Below the pieces are notes generated by a model, which was given only the letters and a program-made list of their open reading frames with translations, was not told the DNA's origin and made no database searches. A stretch of DNA of 59,003 bases, the filler included, from Sphacelaria rigidula (taxonomy: Eukaryota): NCBI GenBank assembly GCA_964200075.2. It is 4 parts of 4 records of this genome, joined end to end, with 100 filler letters (N's around TTAATTAATTAA, not from the genome) between each part and the next. Parts side by side here need not be neighbours in the genome. Positions count along the whole stretch, not along the records: positions 44,331 to 59,003 come from CAXNAA020002103.1; 3 more parts are not named here. One strand, given 5' to 3'. Position 1 is the first letter of the stretch. Every line of letters begins with the position of its first letter. The translations under genes were made by a program, and so were the position numbers. Of the stretch, positions 49,001 through 59,003 are shown piece after piece.

Positions 49001-50836
49001 TACGGAGGTGACCTTAACTCTGTCAACAACTAAGTGGTGAGATTTACGGGTTTCAATGGAACACATGCCCAACTCTGCTCTCAAAACTGTATTACTCGTC
49101 GTCTTCGAGCATTCAAGTATTTTCTTAGCTGCTGCCATCTATACTATTTTCAACCTCTGTGTAATGCGTGAGAGGACCGCGTGCTTAGAGGACCGCATTG
49201 GAATGTGAACATCCCTGCTTTGCACGAAAAAAACAGTATGTTGTCCGCCCGGTGTTTTTCCTACCCTGAATAATCTCGCGTAGTGTGTACAATGGTCTAC
49301 GCATCTACGGTTTGGTCTAATTCCTGCTGTTGCCTCGCTGATTTTCCCTTCCTTTTTTAGTATCGCTCCTACTCTGTCGTTCAGAATCTCACAGAATGTT
49401 TTCCTACCGTGCTCAGTCGCGTTATCCTTGTCCCATTCTTGTATAAGATTGACGACTACTCCTTCTCTTCATCTCTTGGGTGTGCACTCACTTTCCCAGA
49501 AAACACGGGATTTTACAAATTGGGGACGGATCTTTTATGGGGGATGGAAACCCGTAGGATTAGAAGCTTCGTATCCACACCAAATCTTCTGATAGCGGTA
49601 TTTCGCCGCCCTCAGTGCAGGATTCCCCACTGTTTTCTGGGTCCTCTTTGAAACCGTTTTTACTCTGTTCTCGCTTGCTCCGCGCAGGTTGCACTGTCAA
49701 CTCCGCGATCTGTGGCACCACGGCGTGCTGTGTCAACAACGTGTGCCTAGGTGTGTAATTGCAATTCAGACATCGTTTGCCTGGTTGATGCTGCATGGGT
49801 TGGTGAAAAACTTGGCCCGATTTTTCTTCGTCGAATTCTGGACGAACCAGTACCCGTCGCCGCGGGAAACGTGATGATGTGGGATACACATCGACTCGAA
49901 AATAATGTCTTATCAGAGAAGAACGTAACGCCGACTACGTACTTCTGGAAGCGGTGGGAAGAGTCGCCGCCAGCGCCCAAATGGCTCGTCCACACCATGT
50001 GGCACGTCCAGCATCCACTACAGGAAGTGTAGAAGTTAGAAACATGCGTGTCTCACCCCATGAAACCATCACGTGAGCTGTGGGTCGGCAAACCGTAGGC
50101 TTCGGACCACTTTGTCGCAAGTACTCGTCGCAGTGCCTCTTCCCCCGAAGAATTCGCCCCACCACGTTCTGTGTAAAACCACTGACCAAACGACAACTCC
50201 CGTTTTGCTATGCTATCAGCCAGTGGCATCGCGAGCGGCAACCCATCAGCTGACGTTTGTCAGTGCACTAGCGGGCTTCGGGACAGCAGCTCTGGGCTGT
50301 GTGTGGGTGAGTTCACAGCGTCGTTGCTGTTGGTGATACCGGAAGATGAAGACACCGCATGAGATGTGGATGAAAATACTGTGGGGTCGGTCAGTGAGCG
50401 ATGAGCTTCAGCGTCCTCGACAGTACTGACTTGCGGTATCGTTCACGCAGCTAGAAAAAGGCTAGGTGTGAAGACCTCTATCGGCGGTTTCGGCCGTGAA
50501 AGTGTATTTCGGTCGGTAGGTCTTTGGTGAATGTGGCGAGGGGCGATCGATTGTAGAAAAACGAACCACCTCTCGCGCTAGGGAACACGGTTATGCACCG
50601 AAGTGATCGAGGACAGTACGTTGGGACCTAAGCGAGTCGGCAATACCTTTTTCCGTTCGAACCCTGCTGTGCTACACCTCCACACACGTTCGTATCGGTG
50701 ACTCTAGATCCTCCGACACCGACACCGGTACCGACACCGGCTCCGGTTACACCTGCTCCAGTCACTTCGTCACCCGTCACTCCTGCTCCTATGACACCTC
50801 CGCCAGTGAAGCCGACACCGGTGAAGCTCCTACCAG
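46053..50836 (+). CDS. Secreted Cys-rich (cystine-knot-like) modular protein with Pro/Thr linker; 3' end unresolved
   Basis: Exons 46053-46134 (signal-peptide-like MLSRAKFRHCAVGIISLLLASPAEGQV), 47516-47650, 49688-49750, 50220-50306 and 50708-50836. All are AG/GT bounded and phase 1. Confidence 0.55.
48045..48895 (-). mobile_element. LINE 3' fragment (ORF2 C-terminus and tail)
   Basis: Decayed HLEIYGWLREGIGM...KLRF...ES..HIV.EC reading, followed by the 3' tail shared with short copies elsewhere in the window. Confidence 0.65.
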
Positions 50837-52242
50837 GTAAACGTCGGATAAAGTACAGTTCGTTAGACAAGCAGCATGCCTGCGCTGGTATGGCGTGTGA
50901 GATTATCGGTGGATTTTCGTCGATCGGATATATGATAGGAAGGACCACCACATACTCATGTTGTAGTTGGTCGGCTCACTTTACGCGGGGAACGATAGCA
51001 TCGACATCAGGAAGTGTCTTGAAGTGCTCCAAGATTGCTGGCGTATCCAATCAGCAAGTGTGTTGGGGTGTCTCGCTCGTATGGTTAGTATCCTGGAGAA
51101 CAGTTGAGTTTTCGTCGTTCTCTGGATCCCGCAATTCACTCAGTTTGTCCTTAAACCTTGCACCGCGAGGGTAGGTCACCTGCTGATTCGGCATCAGTGT
51201 TGACTTGAAGAACGTATGCGTGATCCAGATGGACTACCGGCACCGCAATCTAAGGTCAACCTCAGTCACTATGAAACCTTTTTTTTGTACCCCCCCGGTG
51301 ATGATCCCGAGTAGTCTCCCGTTACATATGTCAGGGCAATGCACTTATTGGAGAAATCTTATCATTTCGAATCGGCATTGCCTTTCTTGGTCCCCGCGGT
51401 GAAATCCATTAGGTATGGATGTCAATGTCAATGGCCTCAGCTTCTCCGACCCGACACCCGTTATATCGGGACCCGTTGTGCACTAGAGAGGCTTGTTGGA
51501 GGGGTTCCACAATATACCCTGACGCCTAATCTCCCGCAACTCCCATGAGCTCTCCTCGTTTTACAATTAATTCAAGATTTTTCGTTTGATGAACAGTGAC
51601 GCTTTGGAGTACTTTGCTTTGTGAGGTAGATGCGCTTCACACACTGGACAAAGACTGCAACCCAAACTTGCAGTCACGAAAGCCCTGGACATTGTGACCA
51701 ATTGTGACGTCAACTGGTATAACCTACCGATAGCTATTACAGGTCACAATAGATTCGGGATAAAGAACGAAATAAACCGTCATCGTGACAATGGAGCGAC
51801 AAAATTGTCCATAGATGTACTTCGCATGCTATTCGTAGCGATAAGTTCTCCATTGCAACCGATCGATGCCTACTACTCATCACGGGCGGATCTGCGGTGC
51901 GCCACCAATGCATTAACTGCTCGTGATGAGATCCGTCTGCATCGCGGCCATCGGCAGAGGTTCGATGCCGTATGAATGAAGGACGGTGGTATTGTTTCAC
52001 GTTCGAGGTCGCAACACACGAATCACAAACTTGGCATGTGTGCAGAGGTGTCACATGAATCACAAGTGCGAAGTAAACACAACTGCTATATAGGCACTTG
52101 TACCCGTGATCAACCTCGAATACTACCAGATTGAGGACATGTACACTTGACGTATCTTCCATGACAACTACGTGGTGAAGATGTTCTTGTGATTCATGCT
52201 GCATGACGGAAGTCGGGGAACATTGGTGTTTGATTAACCCTT

Positions 52243-52610
52243 GACAGCGGATCCTAAAAAATGGGATCCATCTCAAAATGAGATTGAAGCGCCATTTCGT
52301 TTTTTGCAGGAATGACACAAGACCACGTACGGCCGAGCGAAGCCATTTCCCCCCCCCCCAAATGTCCGCAGCAGTTGAGCAGCTGTGGCTAGGTGCACCT
52401 AACGAATGCGGCGTACACTCGCGTCGATGACGTTATCAGAGTCACTTCTTGGGTTAGGGTTAGGGTTAGGGTTATTTTTGGGGGGGGGGGCATCGTAGAA
52501 AGCGTCCTCTTTGATCAACCACTTGTCGTTGGATTTGACACCCACGCCATCAACCGCCAATCTCAAAGATCTTGTGGTATTCAAGCAACGCTGGCGATAG
52601 TACGGCAGGT
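52243..52610. mobile_element. Composite of foldback-family fragments, a (TTAGGG)n tract and a GACAC-MITE end
   Basis: 52243-52430 matches the left arm of the 55304 element. gggttagggttagggttagggtt starts at 52451, followed by catcgtagaaagcgtc. Confidence 0.65.
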
Positions 52611-53607
52611 GAACCCGATAAAAGCTAATTTTCGTCGCTCTACTGGACTGGCTGGCGTCTGCATAGAGGTCGCCCGGCGTAGCGACATGTACCAATTTTC
52701 CCAACCTCTGTAAACACCAAACAATTCGGTTTTCTCAATTACAAGAACGTGATTGAAATTACTTTAGTGGTCTGAGTGAAGGTGGCCGCTTTGGGTCCGT
52801 TCACACCTGCGAAGATACTAAAAACAGCAATACCGAACTCTCCTGACACGGGGATACCGCAATCAGTACATGACGGAACAGAATTTGACGGTTTAACGTT
52901 CTGATTAGAAAGCAACGGGCATTGAACGATTGCAGACTGGAGTACGCGGAATTTCGTGGGGGATAGCATCTGTGTTTCCCCACGAGTGCCACAAGCGATT
53001 GTAAAATCTCTGTCGTCCTTCTTGTATACGTGGCGGGAGAACAGGGAAGCCACAGTCCTTCGGACCACTAGAGTCATTTCAATCATGTTGATGTAGTCAG
53101 GAAAACCGAACTGTTTTGGTTCGAAGTATCTAGACAAACTGACCCCACAACAAAACATACAACGTCAAAACGTGAAATCTATCGCTAGCGGTACTGACCA
53201 TCTGTAAGTGCACCCTACAACAATTCATTGTCGGCAGGAAACAAATGCTCTTGATGGATAGTTCACCAAATCGGTTGATGACGACAATGTTACCGTTTCA
53301 GTTAGTACTCGCTAAGATCATTACGAACATGATCCCCTAGCCTCGAGGTTTCTTCACGCGTACAAAACGGAAGGGGAAGGTCAAACGGCGAGTGATTCCC
53401 GCTGGAATTCGATATCACTGCAGATCTCCGTCGTGGAAGGAGAAGGAGAAACGGATTCCGTCGGAGGCGCCGCAACAGGAGACGCCGCAACAGGAGGCGC
53501 CGCAACAGGGGGCGCGGCAGGAGAGGTGAGAAGGGAAAGAGGAACCATAACGGGGGTGTGTCCGTTACTGTGTACAGCCGGGGTGGCGATACGGAGAAGC
53601 TCGTTGA
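52610..53607 (-). pseudogene. Probable degenerate Pro-rich plus malectin-like domain gene
   Basis: AAPPVAAPPVAASPVAAPPT linker, then TVASLFSRHVYKKDDRDFTIA, GEFGIAVFSIFAGVNGPKAA and TKISFYRVH. These resemble malectin VxLxFAE...RVFDV, GxxVLxDFDIFAEVG and PKISAIEV in the right order. The frame is not continuous. Confidence 0.4.
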
Positions 53608-55303
53608 CTGCAGAGAACAAACGTCGACGTGAAATGATCGATGCAACGTCCCTCTACGATATGAAATGCACTCACTCGAGCGACGACATTGCTCGGTGGA
53701 TGCTAGATTTTCCCAGCATCTGACCGAAATCCTGAGCCTCGTCCGAAGCGTGAACAGTGCTATTCGTACGGCGAGACATGATTCAAACTATGCGTTCGAT
53801 CTGTTGCCCTTGTTTACGTTCATTCTCTCGATCAGTGGGTCACCAGTTGAATCGCCGAGTCACCGGCTGGTCGACGCTATCAGCTTGGTTTTGGGGTGAT
53901 GCTTGACTTGAATCTTCACAGACGCGTCAGTTGCGATGCTATCGTTTCCATTATGTCACGTTTGTGCTGACGATCGATCCATTCGCGTGTGGCTGGTATG
54001 TTGTGGTCGCCCATGCACTGATCAGACGAGAAGCGGAAGCACCATGGACACAAGGACAGGCGGAGCGATGACCATTGACCACGCATCCCTTTCGAGACTG
54101 AGCACCGTTCCTACTCCTAATAGAGGCACCTCGAACATTCTGGCGCTCATGGGGGGAGGGGGGGGGTCGATAAACAAACGTTCTGGGTTGTGACGAACAT
54201 CATTGCTTTCGTCACTGTGACTGTATCGCTAAATTTTCTACGTTCTTCTATCGAGTAAAGACTCACTTTTCCATGAGGACCATGGCTGCGTACGCAACGA
54301 CCGTGCGGACTCTTGCTTGTTCGTCTTTTTCCATTGTTGTGTCAGGGATATGTAGGGAACGTCGGATCGTTATGATTTGCGTTGAATGTCCGAGTAGGGT
54401 AATTGTCAGCTCTGCAATCGTACTCTACACTGAGCGAGTAATTAACTTGTAAACAATATCTTGTCGGTAGTGCGGTGCAATGCGTGGGAGGACCGTGTGC
54501 TCAAGGGACCGCATCGAAATTCGAACATCCCGAGGGTAGAGGTTCGGGTTCTTAGATAAACGGTTTTGTAGCATGTGGCAAGGACTCCAGCAAGTCTTCA
54601 GGGGAGCACGGCGTGCTGTGGAACACACTCGAAGCAACGACACGTGATGGTTCTGAAGGTAGCGCTTATCGGTCGATTCAGACAGCAGAAACAAAGTAGA
54701 AGGCACAAGCTGGTGAAGATGGAGAATGCAGGAGAGTGCAGGGGATTTGAATTTGAATCGATTCGATTTGAGTATGAATCGCTCAAACTAGACGTATGCT
54801 CGCATACAAGAGTATGTAGATTTCCCATCTGTCCCAACATGAGAACACAAGACCTGCTTCTCTGTATCCTGGAAAAACAAGATACGGTCGCCTTCAAAAC
54901 ATCATCAGCCTTCCTGATGTCGACCATCCATCAACTGCCTAGAATATTTGATATATAGCCCACATCAGTGGACACTTGCAAGCTTTGATCCTTTCATGTA
55001 AAAACATGGAGAACATCTCTTCCGAACGTCGTTCACTTCAAAGACCTTAAAAGACCCAGAGGAAGTTAATGTACTAATACACTCGTTCATTTCACAACGA
55101 CTGGTCTGCTTATATCCCGTCAGGGAGAAACTCGGAGCACTGAGAACATCGTAACCAAAAATAGCGGTTGATCAGTCCACTTCATTTCGAGTCACCGATC
55201 TTTCATGCAAATTTCGCTCGTCATCCGGCCCGATAAATTTCCAAAATCTTGAGCCTCATCGTTCCACTCTTGGGATATTTTCACTTTCACGAAACATCCA
55301 ATT

Positions 55304-57818
55304 AACATAGGATCCTGGAAAATGAGGTCCATAAAAAACATGGGGCTGAAGTGGCATTTCTCTCTTGCATGGTGGACACTTGAACACTTCCGACCGAGCG
55401 AAGCCATCTTTCCCCCCAATATTCGCCGCAGTTGAGCAGCTGGGGCTAGGTGCATCCAACAAATGCGGTGTACACGCGTGTCGATGACAACATTTGATGC
55501 ACCAGAGAGAAGCAACGACAGAGAGGAAGCTGCTCGCCCGTGCCCTCTGTGTGTCCCCGCTCGGCGGCTACCAAACTCTCGAGAGACGGGCATCAACTCT
55601 CGGGAGACTGGCATCATTGATCTCACAGGATGCGCCATACTTTTCATGTGCCAGAACATCGACGTGCGGAGAGATTCCGTTGTCTCTTCTTGCCTACCGC
55701 CAACGCGAAGATCGATTTCTCTCTGCCTGTGCTCTTGGACAAGACGCGCCTCTGTGCGCTGGAAAACATGTCGAAGAAGTAGGGCAACGTTGCCGTCACC
55801 GCTACTACTGTTCTTCTCTGTCACACATGTCAGCGAGGGCGGTGCTGCGGCATAAACAGACATAACCAATTTGAACTCCGGGGGTGTTATTCTTCGTTGG
55901 TTTTCGTCGACCTCCCCAAGCCGGGCGGGCGAGCGAAAGGGCGTGCCACACGCCAGTTGAGGGGGGTGCATGAGACCTTCTGACATGCGTAGTGAGAAGA
56001 GATACCCATGGTGGTGACCTAACTGTTGCTAGCGAGGGGCTCAGGCACTCCGCAGCACACACGCTGAACAGCTCGATACAGTAGTACAAGTACCTTCCCA
56101 TTAGTAGTAATTATTCCGATGTCAGGAGGTCATAGGCTGTTATTGCGATTTGGGAGAATAGACGAGAATGCCCTACGATCAACCGTGTGTCGTTGCATTC
56201 GAGACCCACGCCATCAACCGCCGATAGCAAGGGTCTTGTGGCTTTCACGCGACGCGGTCGGTAGTACAGCAGGCAAACAGGATCATAGCTACCTCCCTTC
56301 TGCGCAGTGGTGGTCACGCTAACTAACTGCATCTATTTTGTAAGACCTGTGGAAGTTAGAGAGTTTGACTTTTATGACCTGCATGCGCAAACTGCGAGCG
56401 GTTCTGAAAACCATAGGAAAGACGGCTTCCCTGTTCCCCAGCCAGGCATCGATGAACAAGGAAAGACATCTACAGGCGGATACAACACACATGGGGGGCC
56501 AGAGAAGTTTCTATTCACCAAAATCTGTGTTTTTCAAGCTGTAAAGTGTTTCACGTGCATTGGTTTCTAGTACAAACGGTAACTTGTCGATTTCTGTTCC
56601 GTTTTTCGAGCACTGTCCGATGCCGATCCAAAAAAAACATCGTATTGCTGTTCGACAGTTTATTCGGGTGTTTAACCGGACCTGAAGCTGCCATCTTTCC
56701 TCAGGGTTGAACAACCGCTTTCAGTTTGTGCATGCAGCTCATGAAAATCAAACTCTCTAGCTTTCACAGGTCTCGCAAATTCAATGCAGTTTGTTAGCGT
56801 GACCACCACTGCGCAGATGGGAGGTAGCAATGGTCCGGTTTGCCTGCCGTACTACCGACAGCGTCGCGTGAAAGCCACAAGACCCTTGTTGTCGGCGGTT
56901 GATGGTGTGGGTCTCGAATGAAACGACATGCGGTTGATCGTAAAGCACTCTCGTCTGTCCTCCCGAGTTGCAACGATAGCCTATGACCTCCTGACATCGG
57001 AATAATTATTACTAATGGGAAGGTACTTGTACTACTGTACCGAGCTGTCCACGCGACCACCGTGTGTGTGCTGCGGATTGCCTATGCGCCATGCTAACAA
57101 CAGTTGAGTCACCACCATAGGTATCTTTTCTCTCTCCACATGTCAAAAGATCTGTACAAGTGCTTGGTCTCTCATGCACCCCCCTCAACTGGCGTGTGGC
57201 CCGCCCTTTTGCTCGCCCGCCCGGCTTGGGGAGGTCGACGAAAATCAACGAGGAATAACACCCCCGGAGTTCAAATTGGATATAACCTTTATTGCCGCAG
57301 CACCGCCCTTGCTGGCATGTGTGACAGAGAAGAACAGTAGTAGCGGTGACGGTAACATTGCCCTATTTTTTCAACATGTGTTTCAGCGCACAGAGGCGAG
57401 TCCTGTCCAAAAGGACAGGAAAAGAGAAATCGATCTTCGCGTTGGCGATGGGCAGGAAGAGACAACGGAATCTCTCCGCGCGTCGATGTTCTGGCATATG
57501 AACAAATTGGCGCATCCTGGTAAGATCAATGGTGCCAGTCTTTCGAGAGTTTGGTAGTCGCCGAGCGGGGACACACAAAGGGCACGGGCGAGAAGCTTCC
57601 TCTCTGTCGTTGCTTCTCTCTCCGGTGATATCGTCATCGACACGTGTGTAAACCGCATTCGTTAGGTGCACCTAGCCACAGCTGCTCAACTGCTGCGGAC
57701 ATTTTGGGGGGAAGATGGCTTCGCTCGGTCGGAGCTGTTTCAGTGTCTACCATGCAAGAGAGAAATGCCACTACAACCCCATGCTTTTTGTGGACCTCAT
57801 TTTCCAGGATCCACTGTT
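55304..57818. mobile_element. 2.5 kb foldback-type element with about 1.1 kb inverted arms and about 310 bp spacer
   Basis: Arm 55304-56404 is the diverged reverse complement of 56713-57818, shown by mirrored ORF translations (HPPQLACG...). Termini AACATAGGATCC / GGATCCACTGTT. Confidence 0.85.
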
Positions 57819-59003
57819 GATCCCTATTCACCAAAGTCTAAGTGCATGCAAAGAAGTCAAACTTGGAGTTTCTCTGCATAAACAGTACACTCACTCCAAA
57901 TATATCAGGACGGATATTACTTCTTGAATAAACGCCACACCCTGGAGAGAACATTACATAAATCATTGATCCGTATTAGAACGCCCTCCCCCCCGATTCA
58001 ATATTACATATTGGAGTCAATTCTCGTGAGTATCCTGGTGCAAAGTCAGTCCCGCATTTTGAGCGGCGGGTGGATAGTCTAATGTTTTGTGACACCCAAG
58101 ACAAAAGACCGTTACACTAACGGAAGTATACTTGAGGTTGAATCCACTCTATGTTCTTTCCGCAATCGAAAAAGTCCAACCCAAAATCCAGAGCCGCTGA
58201 ATCAATTTGTCAAAAATATTCTGGCGCGGATCGCAAAAATATCAAATTCCCTCTCGAAACTCATAGCCGACGAATCAAATCGTCCAAAATAATCCGCCGT
58301 GGATCACCCCATCACAACATGAGTTTTCCTTCTTTTGATATTACCCGAAAAGAGAATAATGGTGTCAAATAGTCAAATCCCCCCCCATGATTTTCTTTCT
58401 CGATAATATCAAGATCATTGCAATCATGTGAAGCATTGAGTAAAAAAATCACAACCAAACTACGGTAGTACTTCGTAGAGCGTAGGGAACAAAAAATCGA
58501 ACAATCAAACAAAAAATGCAACCACGGGACGTTTCACATGGTTGGCATGTCACATTGCTGCGAACAACGAAACGAAAATATTCCAAATCAAAACAAACTT
58601 CCAAAGAAATCAAATAATAAAAAATAAATGCCAAAGCATGTTTGGTCCCTGCCGTGGCTCCTGCTTAGTCCCCCAGGGGGTGAGTTGTCGTCGCCCAGGT
58701 CGCGGTCGCTTTTCTCTGTTTGGTTCTTGCGGTGCCGCGGTTCGGGCTTCGTCATTTTCATGCACATTCGCCTGGGTTTGACAGCAGTCGCCTCGCCATA
58801 AAGACTGGCTCGCAGCATCGGGGGCAGGGCACGCGTGCCGTAGAAAATAGTCGCAGAAATACGTCGTCCGTTGTTTTTCATGCAAACAAAAAGCGAAAAA
58901 TATCTGAAAACATCGTACATGACACTTTCTAAGATAGCCCCCCGTCAAAAAGTGCATGGTTTTGGGAGGCCAAATCTTCACGTAAATCGAAATGGGAGAA
59001 GCA

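Noticed and set aside
55192..55986. 264 aa ORF and its mirror at 57174-57557 as protein genes
   Set aside because: They lie in the arms of a foldback repeat, show no recognisable motif, and the frame is not preserved between the arms.

Overview
Eukaryotic, intron-rich and transposon-dense draft-assembly window. It is most likely from a brown alga (Phaeophyceae), an inference from the short exons, long introns and TE family types. Most ORF-track entries are spurious; the real genes were rebuilt by hand from splice sites. Host genes: (1) the last three exons of a Sua5/YciO/YrdC-family gene (+, 489-3110); (2) an orphan first exon encoding an LRR N-terminal cap (+, 7226-7435); (3) a 20-exon partial gene (-, 16428-28967) encoding Cys-containing LRRs, about 8 IQ-like motifs, a WW-like and a Tudor-like domain; (4) a secreted modular protein with cystine-knot-like exons and a Pro/Thr linker (+, 46053-50836); (5) a probable degenerate Pro-rich/malectin-like gene (-, about 52610-53607). 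Mobile DNA: a roughly 12.7 kb frameshifted Ty3/Gypsy chromovirus-type element with a very long pre-gag region and an extra PWWP/Tudor-like domain after the chromodomain; a truncated Ty1/Copia element whose LTR has a PBS on one side and a PPT-like tract on the other; LINE fragments; tRNA-derived SINEs; piggyBac-like and Tc1/mariner-like non-autonomous elements; and several TIR/foldback elements with RACAS termini and 4-bp TSDs, including a 2.5 kb foldback with 1.1 kb arms. All domain calls come from motif recognition by eye, not from searches.
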